From the NCBI GenBank assembly GCA_007128005.1, contig SKYF01000046.1, positions 1 to 54,395 on the forward strand: a DNA stretch of 54,395 nucleotides, written 5' to 3'. Under the pieces are notes generated by a model, which saw nothing but the letters and a program-made list of their open reading frames with translations, did not search any database and was not told the DNA's origin. The translations under genes and the position numbers were made by a program. Position 1 is the stretch's first letter; each line of letters begins with the position of its first letter. This stretch comes from Bdellovibrionales bacterium. GTDB taxonomy: Bacteria > Bdellovibrionota > Bdellovibrionia > Bdellovibrionales > UBA1609. Of this stretch, positions 8,923 through 19,000 are shown in pieces.

Positions 8923-10244
8923 TACTGAATCCTCCTGCTCTTTATCTTCGTACCCTTCATCAGCCCCTCATACTTAGCTGTCAGCATATGAGATTGAATC
9001 TGTTGACTTGTATCCAAGGCCACACCCACTAAGATCAACAAACTTGTCCCCCCAAAAAAGAAAGGCACCCCAACCTGATCCACCAGCAAAGTGGGTAAAA
9101 CACAGACAATACTCAGGTAAATCGACCCACTCACAGTCAGTCGATCCAAAACCCTCTTGACGTACTCAGCTGTACTCCGTCCTGCCCGGATCCCTGGCAC
9201 AAAACCCCCATACTTTTTGAGGTTATCCGCCACATCATTGGGATTAAAAACGATCTCTGTATAAAAGAAGCAGAAGAACACAATAAGTGCCACAAAGATC
9301 ACATTGTACATCCCACCGGTGGGATTCATCGCCTCCTGTAAAGCCTGAATCCAAGCTGCGTCCACAAATTGGGTCATCGTCGCTGGGAACATCAAAAGAC
9401 TTGAGGCAAAAATCGGTGGAATCACATTGGCAAAATTCACTTTCAGTGGCAAGTGGCTTCCCTGCTGACCCAAACCCTGCTTGCCCTGAGCCCTCTGTGA
9501 ATACTGAATGGGAATCCGCCGCTGTCCCACTTCAACAAAGACAATTGCTGCGATCACAGACACCATAAAGAGGATCAACAACAGCACGAGGGCCCCGCCC
9601 ATCTCTCCTGTTGTTAGCATGGTCCACAATTTTGCGGCTCCCCCAGGAATGGCGGCGGCAATGCCCGCAAAAATGATAAGGCTCGCCCCATTACCCACCC
9701 CACGCTCGGTGATCTGCTCTCCCAGCCACATAATGAAGCAAGTTCCTGCGGTGAGGGTGATGATGCTAAATAGCTCAAAGGGAATAAAGCCAGCAAAGAC
9801 TGTCGTCGTCACCAGAGGCATTCCCTCGGGGCTGCTAGAGCTAATCAACCACTTTGCCATAGCATAGCCCTGAATAATCGCCAAAAGGACAGTGGCATAG
9901 CGAGTGTACTGTTGAATTTTTTTGCGCCCTTGCTCCCCTTCTTTTTTAAGAGCCTCCAAGTAGGGGACCGCAGCCTGTAAGAGTTGAAAAATGATCGAGG
10001 CTGAGATGTAGGGCATGATCCCCAAGGCAAAAACGCTAAACTGCTCTAAGGCTCCCCCGGTAAATGTATTGAACAAGCCAAAAATTCCAGCACTCTGTGC
10101 CTGAAAAAAAGACATGACTGCCTGGCTATCCACTCCTGGTGTGGGTACGTGAACCCCGATACGATAAATCGCCAGAACTCCAAGAGTAAATAGAATTCTA
10201 TTTCTCAGCTGTCGGGGGATCCCAAAACCCTCAGTTGTTGCCAC
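8919..10244 (-). CDS. secY: Preprotein translocase SecY
   Basis: [56 protein letters not shown]. Confidence 0.98.
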   Translation of the reverse strand: MATTEGFGIPRQLRNRILFTLGVLAIYRIGVHVPTPGVDSQAVMSFFQAQSAGIFGLFNTFTGGALEQFSVFALGIMPYISASIIFQLLQAAVPYLEALKKEGEQGRKKIQQYTRYATVLLAIIQGYAMAKWLISSSSPEGMPLVTTTVFAGFIPFELFSIITLTAGTCFIMWLGEQITERGVGNGASLIIFAGIAAAIPGGAAKLWTMLTTGEMGGALVLLLILFMVSVIAAIVFVEVGQRRIPIQYSQRAQGKQGLGQQGSHLPLKVNFANVIPPIFASSLLMFPATMTQFVDAAWIQALQEAMNPTGGMYNVIFVALIVFFCFFYTEIVFNPNDVADNLKKYGGFVPGIRAGRSTAEYVKRVLDRLTVSGSIYLSIVCVLPTLLVDQVGVPFFFGGTSLLILVGVALDTSQQIQSHMLTAKYEGLMKGTKIKSRRIQY

Positions 10245-10269
10245 TCTCTAGCCCCTCATTCCATTTCAG

Positions 10270-10710
10270 TTAAAGAACTTCTACTGTTCCACCAGCCTTT
10301 TCAATGGCTTCCTTGGCTTTTTCACTCACTTTATGAACTTTGACGGTTAAAGCTTTCGTAAGCTCTCCGTGAGCCAAAATCTTCACTTTTTGATTTTTTC
10401 TCACCAACCCAACAGCAGCCAGTGACTCTGGATTCACCTCAGCCAACTGCCTCTTTTCCAAGTCCCTCAAATTCACCACGGCAAAGCGTTCACGGAAAAC
10501 GGCATTAGTAAAACCAACCTTGGGGACTCTACGCGCCAAAGGCATTTGACCGCCCTCAAAACCCCATCTCACTCGTCCTCCAGAGCGCGCCTTTTGCCCC
10601 TTATGGCCTTTCCCTGAGGTTCCGCCAAGACCAGAGCCTCGACCTCGGCCCAAAACTTTTTGCTTATGTGTCGAGCCCTTTGCAGGCTTCAGTTGTCCTA
10701 AAAGACTCAT
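10270..10710 (-). CDS. rplO: 50S ribosomal protein L15
   Basis: [33 protein letters not shown]. Start moved to ATG 10710. Confidence 0.97.
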   Translation of the reverse strand: MSLLGQLKPAKGSTHKQKVLGRGRGSGLGGTSGKGHKGQKARSGGRVRWGFEGGQMPLARRVPKVGFTNAVFRERFAVVNLRDLEKRQLAEVNPESLAAVGLVRKNQKVKILAHGELTKALTVKVHKVSEKAKEAIEKAGGTVEVL

Positions 10711-10712
10711 CA

Positions 10713-10898
10713 CTAGTTCTCCACTTTTACTTCTAAAAGATGCTGCACTCCAAATATCTGGCCACGCATTGCTGGGCTGTCCTTCACTACAACCTCCTGG
10801 TTGACTTTCCTCAGCCCCAGACAGCGAACAGCGTCCCGTTGTTTTTGGGTTGTGCCAATCAAACTCTTCTTTAATTTCACACGAAATGACTTTGCCAC
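10713..10898 (-). CDS. rpmD: 50S ribosomal protein L30
   Basis: VKLKKSLIG...LGLRK...RGQI; position between rpsE and rplO. Confidence 0.95.
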   Translation of the reverse strand: MAKSFRVKLKKSLIGTTQKQRDAVRCLGLRKVNQEVVVKDSPAMRGQIFGVQHLLEVKVEN

Positions 10899-10919
10899 GA
10901 TCCTCAACCTCTCTTCCGG

Positions 10920-11390
10920 TTACTCGCCCCGGCTTGGCTTTTGCGACATCAACTGCTTTAAGCCATCCATCGTTGCCCGAACTGCATTGTGTGGATTTGT
11001 TGTTCCCACACATTTAGTCAAAATATCCTTAACTCCAACTGTCTCCAAAACCGCTCTCACCGGACCACCGGCAATCACCCCAGTTCCAGGAGCTGCAGGC
11101 ATTAAGATGACTTTAGCTGCTCCAAAACGACCCACCACCTGGTGAGCAATTGTCCGTCCTTCCTTGAGATTGACTGTAGCCATTGCCTTTTTAGCTGTAC
11201 GACTGGCTTTGCCAATGGCTTCCGGAACCTCTCCCGCTTTTCCAGTTCCAAATCCCACGTCTCCGTTGCCGGAACCTGCAACCACAAGAGCGGAAAAAGA
11301 GAACCGGCGACCGCCCTTTACCACCTTGGCCACTCGCTTAATTGAAACAACTCTCTCTTGAAATTCAGATCCCTGAGTCTGTGCTTCCAC
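10920..11390 (-). CDS. rpsE: 30S ribosomal protein S5
   Basis: [26 protein letters not shown]. Confidence 0.98.
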   Translation of the reverse strand: MEAQTQGSEFQERVVSIKRVAKVVKGGRRFSFSALVVAGSGNGDVGFGTGKAGEVPEAIGKASRTAKKAMATVNLKEGRTIAHQVVGRFGAAKVILMPAAPGTGVIAGGPVRAVLETVGVKDILTKCVGTTNPHNAVRATMDGLKQLMSQKPSRGE

Positions 11391-11400
11391 CAATTACTCC

Positions 11401-11781
11401 TTAAAAAATTAATCCCGCTTCTCGTGCGCCCTCAGCCACCGCCTTGACACGCCCATGATAAACATAACCGCTTCGGTCAAATACGATATTCTTAATGTCC
11501 TTTTCCAAAGCCTTCTTTGCCAAATCCATCCCAACGGCCTTAGCAGCGTCTTTTGACTTCTTGCTGCCATCTAAGCTGAGCCCCAAAGAAGAAGTGGCCA
11601 TAAGGGTCTTCCCACTCACATCGTCAATCAGTTGGGCGTAAACATAGCGTCCGCTGCGAAAAACGGCCATTCGCGGCCGCTCAGCCGTTCCACTCACTCG
11701 CTTGCGAATCCGCGCTTTATTCTTTTTGCGAGCAACAACCTTTGAGTCCGTGCTTTTTCCGTATTTAATTCGAATTCTCAC
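11401..11781 (-). CDS. rplR: 50S ribosomal protein L18
   Basis: GTAERPR, VFDRSGYVYHGRVKA. Confidence 0.97.
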   Translation of the reverse strand: MRIRIKYGKSTDSKVVARKKNKARIRKRVSGTAERPRMAVFRSGRYVYAQLIDDVSGKTLMATSSLGLSLDGSKKSKDAAKAVGMDLAKKALEKDIKNIVFDRSGYVYHGRVKAVAEGAREAGLIF

Positions 11782-11797
11782 TTTTAACCTCGCTTAT

Positions 11798-12343
11798 TTA
11801 CTTTCCAGCTGACTTTCCGGCCTTACGACGGATAGTCTCATCAGCGTACTTCACACCCTTACCCAAATAGGGCTCAGGGGGACGAAAGCTCCTAATTTTT
11901 GCAGCCACCTGGCCCACCAACTCCCGGTTGGCCCCTGAAACGGAAAGCTTTGTCTGTTTATCCACCTTAATTTCGATGCCCTCAGGAATCTGATAGACAA
12001 TCGGGTGACTGTAACCCAATGACATCTCCAGTTTTTTCCCGTTGACAGCAGCTCTATATCCCACTCCATTCAACTCTAAGTCCTTGCTCCAGCCTTTACT
12101 CACTCCTGTCACTGCGTTCTGAATGAGCGACCGATAGAGCCCCTGAAAGGCTCGGGTCTGAGGCTCATCGTTATCCCGAGTCAAAACCACCTGACCCTCT
12201 TCTATTTTGGCTTTAATTTGCGGCTTCAGTTTGACAGACAATGTGTTTTTGCCTCCCTTGACCACAACTGTATCACCGCCAGCCAAGGACACCTGGACAT
12301 CTTTTTTATCAAAATAAACTGGGGCTTTTCCGACTCTTGACAT
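11798..12343 (-). CDS. rplF: 50S ribosomal protein L6
   Basis: MSRVGK, GVGYRA, LGYSHP, RPPEPYLGKGV. Confidence 0.98.
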   Translation of the reverse strand: MSRVGKAPVYFDKKDVQVSLAGGDTVVVKGGKNTLSVKLKPQIKAKIEEGQVVLTRDNDEPQTRAFQGLYRSLIQNAVTGVSKGWSKDLELNGVGYRAAVNGKKLEMSLGYSHPIVYQIPEGIEIKVDKQTKLSVSGANRELVGQVAAKIRSFRPPEPYLGKGVKYADETIRRKAGKSAGK

Positions 12344-12350
12344 AATTCAC

Positions 12351-12746
12351 CTACCACAACTGACAGAGAAACTCTCCGCCAATGTTTTCCTTTTTAGCAG
12401 TTTCGCCACTCACTACGCCACGGTTGGTGCTTAAAATCGCCATACCGTAGCCAGACCTAACCTCAGGAATGTCCTCAGCCTTCACATATTGCCTACGACT
12501 GGGGCGACTCACCCTTTGGATATTATTGATCACAGGTCGTCCTTTTTCATCATAGCGCAGGTAAACTCGCATGACACCCTGCTTGCCATCCCGGGCCACC
12601 TTGTAGCTTCGAATATAGCCTGCCTCTTGGAGAATTTTTGCGATTCCCGCCCTCAAATTTGAGCTTGGCACATCCACTTTTTCATGACGAGCCATAGCCG
12701 CATTGCGAATTCTAGTTAAAAAATCACCGATACTATCCATTCCCAC
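12351..12746 (-). CDS. rpsH: 30S ribosomal protein S8
   Basis: DSIGDFLTRIRNA, VSRPSRR, ILSTNRG, GGE. Confidence 0.97.
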   Translation of the reverse strand: MGMDSIGDFLTRIRNAAMARHEKVDVPSSNLRAGIAKILQEAGYIRSYKVARDGKQGVMRVYLRYDEKGRPVINNIQRVSRPSRRQYVKAEDIPEVRSGYGMAILSTNRGVVSGETAKKENIGGEFLCQLW

Positions 12747-12752
12747 CGACTC

Positions 12753-13307
12753 CTACTTTTTCCTAAAAGGCATTCCCAATTGCTCTAAAAGAGCACGGCC
12801 CTCATTATCATTCTGTGCCGTTGTCACTATTGTAATATTCATTCCACGCACGGTATCCACTTTGTCGTAATCGATCTCCGGAAAAACAATCTGCTCCTTC
12901 AAACCCATATTGTAGTTTCCACGGCCATCAAAGCCCTTAGGAGAAAGGCCCCTGAAGTCTCTTACCCTGGGCAGAGAAAAGTGGATGAGACGCTCCATAA
13001 AAGCCCACATCCGCTCTTTTCTCAAAGTCACTGTCGCGCCCAAGGGCATACCCTCCCTCAACTTAAAGTTAGAGATAGCCTTTTTTGCCTTTGTGATCAC
13101 CGCTTTTTGCCCTGTAATCTGGGTCAGATCCTCTACTGCATTATTGAGAACCTTTGGATTGCGCACAGCTTCGCTAATGCACATATTCAACACAACTTTC
13201 TCAATCCGAGGAACCTGCATCACACTCTTACAGCCTAGCTCTTTCTTTAAACCAGGTACAAGATCACTCTTATACTGTTCACGTAGACTACTGACAATTT
13301 TCTCCAT
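12753..13307 (-). CDS. rplE: 50S ribosomal protein L5
   Basis: [27 protein letters not shown]. Start moved to ATG 13307. Confidence 0.98.
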   Translation of the reverse strand: MEKIVSSLREQYKSDLVPGLKKELGCKSVMQVPRIEKVVLNMCISEAVRNPKVLNNAVEDLTQITGQKAVITKAKKAISNFKLREGMPLGATVTLRKERMWAFMERLIHFSLPRVRDFRGLSPKGFDGRGNYNMGLKEQIVFPEIDYDKVDTVRGMNITIVTTAQNDNEGRALLEQLGMPFRKK

Positions 13308-13308
13308 C

Positions 13309-13677
13309 TCACAACACCTCAGGAGCCAAGGAAACAATCTTCACAAACTGCTTGGCCCTTAATTCTCTAGCCACTGGTCCAAAAATACGAGTACCAATAG
13401 GCTCCTTGTTATTATTGATTAGCACAGCAGAGTTCTCATCGAATCGGATATAGCTGCCGTCAGGTCGACGAACTTTATGAACAGTTCGTACGATGACCGC
13501 CTTGGCCTTATCACCCTTCTTCACTTTTGAGTTGGGCATAGCCTCTTTGATCGATACAACCACAATATCGCCTATAGAGGCATAGCGGCGCATTGACCCT
13601 CCAATGACCTTGATGCACTGGACTTCTTTCGCTCCAGAGTTATCAGCCACCTTCATCCTCGACTGCATCTGAATCAT
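13309..13677 (-). CDS. rplN: 50S ribosomal protein L14
   Basis: [33 protein letters not shown]. Start ATG 13677. Confidence 0.98.
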   Translation of the reverse strand: MIQMQSRMKVADNSGAKEVQCIKVIGGSMRRYASIGDIVVVSIKEAMPNSKVKKGDKAKAVIVRTVHKVRRPDGSYIRFDENSAVLINNNKEPIGTRIFGPVARELRAKQFVKIVSLAPEVL

Positions 13678-13988
13678 GATTTCACTCCTTGCTCTAAGTG
13701 AGCTGGGCCCTTCTCCACAATCGAAGCTAGCTGCCAACGCTTGGTCTTACTTAGGGGGCGGGTCTCAAAAATCTTAACCCTATCTCCTACCTTGGCCTCG
13801 TTGTTTTCATCATGCGCCTTAAACACTGAAGTTCGACGAATGTACTTGTTATATCTAGGGTGACGAACCGTCCGATAAATTAAAACCGAAACGGTTTTAT
13901 TCATCTTATCACTAATCACTTCACCAATCTCTTCCCGTCTCCGGCCTCTCGTCTTCAAGTCTTTCTCAGGTACTTCTTTATTTGCCAT
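13674..13988 (-). CDS. rpsQ: 30S ribosomal protein S17
   Basis: [28 protein letters not shown]. Confidence 0.97.
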   Translation of the reverse strand: MANKEVPEKDLKTRGRRREEIGEVISDKMNKTVSVLIYRTVRHPRYNKYIRRTSVFKAHDENNEAKVGDRVKIFETRPLSKTKRWQLASIVEKGPAHLEQGVKS

Positions 13989-14002
13989 AACCACCTACCT
14001 CT

Positions 14003-14194
14003 TTACTGCGCCAGCTTCACATTTAGAGCCGTTTTCACCCTTGCTAAGTCCCTTCTCAAATTGCGTATTTGAGCGGGGCTTGCCACTTGACCCAGGGAGT
14101 GCTTCATCTTCAACTCAAAAAGCTCCTCACGCATTTTTACTTGCCGCTTTCTAAGCTCATCTACTGTCAAATCTCTAATCTCTCCAAACTTCAT
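14003..14194 (-). CDS. rpmC: 50S ribosomal protein L29
   Basis: ELFELKM..GQ...IR..RRDLARVKT; position. Confidence 0.95.
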   Translation of the reverse strand: MKFGEIRDLTVDELRKRQVKMREELFELKMKHSLGQVASPAQIRNLRRDLARVKTALNVKLAQ

Positions 14195-14199
14195 AAACC

Positions 14200-14607
14200 C
14201 TACTCCCTCACAATAAACTTGGTCTTAAAGGGAAGCTTATGAGCAGCAAGTCGAAATGCCTCCTCTGCCTGCTCACGAGTCACACCATTCATTTCAAAAA
14301 GTACTCGGCCTGGCTTAATTAAGGCCACCCACAACTCAGGACTGCCCTTCCCTGAACCCATACGAGTTTCAGCAGGCTTCTTGGTAATGGGTCGGTCGGG
14401 AAAAACTCTAAGCCACAATTTCCCACCCCTCTTCACTGAGCGACTAATTGCAATCCGACTGGCTTCCAGCTGCCGGGCGGTCAACCGACCCGCATCGGTA
14501 GAAATTAGACCAAAGTCTCCAAAAGACAACTCTGCCCCTCGAGTGGCCTTCCCTGCGAAGTGCCCTCGATGCTGTCTGCGCCACTTGACTCGCTTAGGAC
14601 TTAACAC
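14200..14607 (-). CDS. rplP: 50S ribosomal protein L16
   Basis: [24 protein letters not shown]. Confidence 0.98.
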   Translation of the reverse strand: MLSPKRVKWRRQHRGHFAGKATRGAELSFGDFGLISTDAGRLTARQLEASRIAISRSVKRGGKLWLRVFPDRPITKKPAETRMGSGKGSPELWVALIKPGRVLFEMNGVTREQAEEAFRLAAHKLPFKTKFIVRE

Positions 14608-15259
14608 GACCTGCCTCCTCTATTTCCCGTGCGGAGTAAATATCCCCACGATAGATCCAAACCTTTAAGCCAATAATCCCATAAGTGGTCAGAGCCTCTG
14701 CTGTACCATAGTCAATATCAGCCCGTAGGGTGTGGAGAGGAACACTTTTCTCATTGTACCACTCCGACCTTGCGATCTCCGCTCCATCCAAACGACCACT
14801 GACACGGATCTTAATTCCACGAACTCCACCCCGAACTCCCGCAGCCAAAGCTTTTTTAAGAGCCCTGCGCCAGGAAATACGCTTTTCGAGTTGAAGCGCG
14901 ATGTTCTCTGCCACGAGTTGAGCATCCAAGTCGGGCTTGCGAACCTCCTGGATATTTAAAAATATCTCGTTTGGAGTCTGCTTCTGGATATCTGCCTTCA
15001 ATGAGTCAATCCCAGTCCCCTTTTTACCAATAACCACTCCGGGACGGGCGGTATAAATAATAATTTTTATTTTATTTGCTGCCCTCTCAATTTCAATCTT
15101 GGCCACGCCGGCATGCTTAAGCTTACCCTTAATATATTTTCTCAGCCTATAATCCTCATGAAGGTTTTCAATGTAATTGTTCCCCTTGGCATACCAACGA
15201 GAATCCCATGTTCTTATAACCCCTACTCTTAAACCAATCGGATTAACTTTTTGTCCCAC
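14594..15259 (-). CDS. rpsC: 30S ribosomal protein S3
   Basis: [40 protein letters not shown]. Confidence 0.98.
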   Translation of the reverse strand: MGQKVNPIGLRVGVIRTWDSRWYAKGNNYIENLHEDYRLRKYIKGKLKHAGVAKIEIERAANKIKIIIYTARPGVVIGKKGTGIDSLKADIQKQTPNEIFLNIQEVRKPDLDAQLVAENIALQLEKRISWRRALKKALAAGVRGGVRGIKIRVSGRLDGAEIARSEWYNEKSVPLHTLRADIDYGTAEALTTYGIIGLKVWIYRGDIYSAREIEEAGRVKS

Positions 15260-15270
15260 GCTGACTTTCC

Positions 15271-15609
15271 TTATCTCTCATCCAAAACGAGGTTAATATG
15301 ACTGAGTTTTTTCTTAACGACGAAGGCTCTTCCCTGGGCTCGAGGGCGAAAACGCTTTAGGGAGGGCCCTTGGTCGACTGAAATAGTCTTCACAAAAAGG
15401 TTGTCTACATCGATAACCTTTTTATCCTCAGCATTCGCCACGGCAGACTCAATCAGCTTTTTTACCAAACCAGCACCCTTTTTCTTCATAAAGGTGAGAT
15501 CACGAATGGCTGAGTTGACATCTTTTCCACGAACCAGGTCTGCCACTAATCTGGCCTTCTGAGCCCCTATGCGTGCAAATTTTAAACTGGCTTTTACTTC
15601 CATTTCCAT
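15271..15609 (-). CDS. rplV: 50S ribosomal protein L22
   Basis: [25 protein letters not shown]. Confidence 0.97.
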   Translation of the reverse strand: MEMEVKASLKFARIGAQKARLVADLVRGKDVNSAIRDLTFMKKKGAGLVKKLIESAVANAEDKKVIDVDNLFVKTISVDQGPSLKRFRPRAQGRAFVVKKKLSHINLVLDER

Positions 15610-15615
15610 CCTCTC

Positions 15616-15903
15616 TTATTTCCTTGCTCCCCCAGGACCGGCCTTCTTTGCGGCATGCCCGTGGAAAGTTCTAGTGGGAGCAAACTCACCCAACTTATGG
15701 CCAATCATATTCTCAGAAACATAAACTGGAACAAACTTTTTCCCATTGTGGACTGCAAGGGTTAAACCTACAGCTTCGGGCAGAATGGTCGAGCGCCGTG
15801 ACCAGGTCTTAATGACCTTTTTGTCTCCGGTAGACACTGCCTTATCAATCTTCGCCACCAAATGATGATCTATAAAAGGACCTTTTTTTACTGACCTACC
15901 CAC
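15616..15903 (-). CDS. rpsS: 30S ribosomal protein S19
   Basis: [26 protein letters not shown]. Confidence 0.98.
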   Translation of the reverse strand: MGRSVKKGPFIDHHLVAKIDKAVSTGDKKVIKTWSRRSTILPEAVGLTLAVHNGKKFVPVYVSENMIGHKLGEFAPTRTFHGHAAKKAGPGGARK

Positions 15904-15912
15904 GCGATACTC

Positions 15913-16731
15913 CTACTTTCTTCTCTTCACTATAGCGCTATTCGTGCGCTTGTTACTGCGAGTTTTGTAGCCCTTGCAAGGACGCCCCCAAGGAGTGACA
16001 GGGTGATGACCTTTGCCCACTCCCTCACCTCCACCAAGCGGGTGGTCGATGGGGTTCATCGCCATACCACGCACGGCGGGGCGCTTGCCTTTCCAGCGAC
16101 TGCGACCTGCTTTACCTATCTTTACGTTTTCATTGTCTGTGTTACCAACCTGACCAATGGATGCCCTGCAAACAGAAAGAACTTGGCGAACCTCACCGGA
16201 AGGCAGCTTCACCTGGCAGTACTGTCCCAGCTTCGCAACCAATACAGCTTGAGACCCCGCTCCCCGAGCGAGCTGCCCGCCCTTGCCTGGGCGCAGCTCA
16301 ACATTGTGTATCACTGTGCCCAGAGGGATTGCCGCCAAGGTGAGACTGTTACCGGGCTTAATGTCTGCAGAGTCACTGGCAACCACACTATCTCCAACCC
16401 GCAAACCAACAGGAGCAATGATATAAGCCTTTTCTCCGTCCGCGTAGTGCAACAGAGCAATCCGACAGCTGCGATTGGGATCGTATTCAATTGCCGCCAC
16501 CTTTGCAGGTACATCTAGCTTTTTGCGCTTGAAGTCCACTAACCGATAGCGGCGCTTATGTCCCCCACCTTGATGACGGATCGTGATTTGCCCATGATTG
16601 TTTCGCGCAGCCTTCTTACGCAATGGCTGAGTCAAGGACTTCTCTGGAGAGGTCTTGGTAATTTCGCTGAAGTCAAAGCCTGTCATTCCTCGACGGCCCG
16701 GACTTCTTGGTTTGAATACTTTTACACCCAT
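15913..16731 (-). CDS. rplB: 50S ribosomal protein L2
   Basis: [35 protein letters not shown]. Confidence 0.98.
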   Translation of the reverse strand: MGVKVFKPRSPGRRGMTGFDFSEITKTSPEKSLTQPLRKKAARNNHGQITIRHQGGGHKRRYRLVDFKRKKLDVPAKVAAIEYDPNRSCRIALLHYADGEKAYIIAPVGLRVGDSVVASDSADIKPGNSLTLAAIPLGTVIHNVELRPGKGGQLARGAGSQAVLVAKLGQYCQVKLPSGEVRQVLSVCRASIGQVGNTDNENVKIGKAGRSRWKGKRPAVRGMAMNPIDHPLGGGEGVGKGHHPVTPWGRPCKGYKTRSNKRTNSAIVKRRK

Positions 16732-16734
16732 CTC

Positions 16735-17013
16735 TTACACTCCCTCGAATAAGCTGATCTTTTGCCCTGGAGCCAACTTTACCATAGCTTTTTTCCAGTA
16801 ACGAACCTTGCTAGTACCCATGCGGGTCCTACGCGCTTTATTTCGACAAACAGCTGTCTTTACTGAGGCCACTTTCACTCTAAAGAATTTTTCAACAGCC
16901 TTTTTAATTTCAATTTTAGAAGCCGCTTTGTCGACTTCAAAGACAAAGATCCCCTGCTCTGCCAGGAGACTGTTTTTTTCCGTCACCAGTGGTCGCTTAA
17001 TTGTATAGTACAT
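16735..17013 (-). CDS. rplW: 50S ribosomal protein L23
   Basis: RPLVTEK, KIEIKKAVE, WKKAMV. Confidence 0.96.
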   Translation of the reverse strand: MYYTIKRPLVTEKNSLLAEQGIFVFEVDKAASKIEIKKAVEKFFRVKVASVKTAVCRNKARRTRMGTSKVRYWKKAMVKLAPGQKISLFEGV

Positions 17014-17015
17014 CG

Positions 17016-17645
17016 TTAATTCCCCACTCCACAGCGCTGAACCAGAGATTCCACTGAATCCTTGGTCATTACCACGCGATCGTATTTCAAAAGGTCAAAG
17101 ACGTTTACCGCTTCCGGTGTGTAGTATCGATAATTGCCTAAGTTTCGTGATGCACGAGAAAACAAGTCATCCACGGCTTTATCTACTAAGACAGCCTTTT
17201 CAGCCCCAAAGGACTTTAGGCGCTCGGCCAGCTCCTTGGTTTTTCCTTGCTCTGAGGTCATATTTTCAACAACCTGTACTTTTCCTTCAGAGAACAAGTG
17301 AGCCAGAGCTGAACGCAAACCAAGCTGACGCACTTTTTTAGGAAGCTGGTAGCTGTAACTTCGAGGACGGGGACCGAAAATGACTGCCCCACCCGGCTGA
17401 AGAGGTGAGCGCGAAGACCCTTGGCGAGCATTGCCTGTTCCCTTTTGCTTAAAAGGCTTTTTGCCACCCCCACTCACCTCAGAGCGATCCTTGGTTTTGT
17501 GTGTCCCCTGACGCCGAGAGGCCAATTGCCAGCGAACCACATCATGAAGAATGTCTTTACGCACCGAAGTCTCAAAAACTTCAGGGCTCAACTCCACACT
17601 GCCTACTTTTTTCTTTTCCCAATTTAAAACATCTACTGTTGCCAT
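17016..17645 (-). CDS. rplD: 50S ribosomal protein L4
   Basis: RQGTHKTK.RSEVSGGGKKP..QKGTGNARQGS. Confidence 0.98.
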   Translation of the reverse strand: MATVDVLNWEKKKVGSVELSPEVFETSVRKDILHDVVRWQLASRRQGTHKTKDRSEVSGGGKKPFKQKGTGNARQGSSRSPLQPGGAVIFGPRPRSYSYQLPKKVRQLGLRSALAHLFSEGKVQVVENMTSEQGKTKELAERLKSFGAEKAVLVDKAVDDLFSRASRNLGNYRYYTPEAVNVFDLLKYDRVVMTKDSVESLVQRCGVGN

Positions 17646-17648
17646 AGC

Positions 17649-18374
17649 CTATTCTTTCATCAATTGAACTAAAGTGTTGCGCCCTCCAGGGACAGGACCT
17701 TTCACCAGGACCACCCGCTCCTCAGGAAGCACATCCACGATTTTCACATTGCGAACTGACACTCTTTCATCACCAAACTGGCCGGGAAACTTCTTTCCAG
17801 GCATCACTCGCCCTGGCCATGTTCTATTTCCCACAGAGCCAGGTTGACGATGGAAGTGGGACCCGTGAGAAGCGGGGCCTCCACCAAAATTCCAACGCTT
17901 CACTGATCCAGAAAAGCCCCTACCCTTGCTATTGGCAGAGAGCTTTACAACATCACCTTTTTGGAGCGAGTCCAAGGAGAGGGTCTGCCCTTTGCGCAGC
18001 CCCTCGGGCAGAGCCTGACGCAGCTCTCTTACGAAAGCAGCTCCGTTTTCAAAACCCGAGCCTTTCAGGTGACCCTTTTGAGCCTGGCTTGTTCTACTGG
18101 CTCGCCGAGGACGGCAAGCCAGCTGTACTGCCGAGTAACCGTCTTTGTCCTCAGTTTTCACCTGTGACACAAACCAGGGTTCATACTTCAGCACAGTAAC
18201 CGGGATGGACTCTCCATTTTCATTGTAAACTGAAGACATTCCCATTTTAAAGGCAAATAAGCCGTTTAACTTCACCTCAGTAGAGCCTTCTGCAGCTGTC
18301 TCACCTTGATTTGGCGCTCCTGATGCGGCTTCCGCATTCTCTGCACTGACTTCTGTATCTGTAGTCTCGCTCAT
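17649..18374 (-). CDS. rplC: 50S ribosomal protein L3 with acidic N-terminal extension
   Basis: KMGM, DGYSAVQL, SKGRGF, SHGS..HR.PGS, VKGPVPG. Confidence 0.97.
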   Translation of the reverse strand: MSETTDTEVSAENAEAASGAPNQGETAAEGSTEVKLNGLFAFKMGMSSVYNENGESIPVTVLKYEPWFVSQVKTEDKDGYSAVQLACRPRRASRTSQAQKGHLKGSGFENGAAFVRELRQALPEGLRKGQTLSLDSLQKGDVVKLSANSKGRGFSGSVKRWNFGGGPASHGSHFHRQPGSVGNRTWPGRVMPGKKFPGQFGDERVSVRNVKIVDVLPEERVVLVKGPVPGGRNTLVQLMKE

Positions 18375-18395
18375 TTTTTGTAACTCCCAAATTCC

Positions 18396-18710
18396 TTAGA
18401 CCGACAACTTGATTTCGACATCAACTCCCGCAGACAGATCTAACTTCATCAACTGATCAATTGTCTGCTGAGTGGGCTCTAAAATATCCAAAAGACGTTT
18501 ATGTGTCCTAATCTCAAACTGCTCGCGGGACTTCTTGTCCACGTGAGGAGAGCGCAAAACTGTGTAGCGATTTATTCTCGTCGGTAGAGGGATGGGCCCA
18601 GCAACCCTTGCACCAGTTCTTCTTGCCGTGTCCACAATCTCTCTGGTGGATTGATCGAGCAATTTGTGATCAAAGGCTCTTAAACGAATTCGAATCTTCT
18701 GGCTCTGCAT
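18396..18710 (-). CDS. rpsJ: 30S ribosomal protein S10
   Basis: [31 protein letters not shown]. Confidence 0.99.
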   Translation of the reverse strand: MQSQKIRIRLRAFDHKLLDQSTREIVDTARRTGARVAGPIPLPTRINRYTVLRSPHVDKKSREQFEIRTHKRLLDILEPTQQTIDQLMKLDLSAGVDVEIKLSV

Positions 18711-18942
18711 AAATCCCTCTCACTTTTCAAAAAACACTTTTGCAGTTTTCTATCTCTTATACGTTTTGTCTTTTCTCTTGTTTTTTTGCGGCTTTAGGGG
18801 GTCTTTCAAAACCCTTAAACAGACAAAAAAACCCCTTCTCTTTGGAAGTTAACTGGACCCAGTCTCGCCGAATTCACATTAAGTTTAGTGATTTTGACGA
18901 CTTGGGACCTTAAAAACCAAAGACAAGCGTTACAAGTCGGCG

Positions 18943-18972
18943 AGTATGCACAGGGGGCTGGTGCTTTGTCAA
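18943..18972 (-). promoter_or_regulatory. Putative sigma70 promoter of the S10 operon
   Basis: Minus strand TTGACA (18972-18967), 18-nt spacer, CATACT (18948-18943) in the fusA-rpsJ gap. Confidence 0.5.
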
Positions 18973-19000
18973 AATAAAATGTCTGTTTTTTAAAAGAAGA

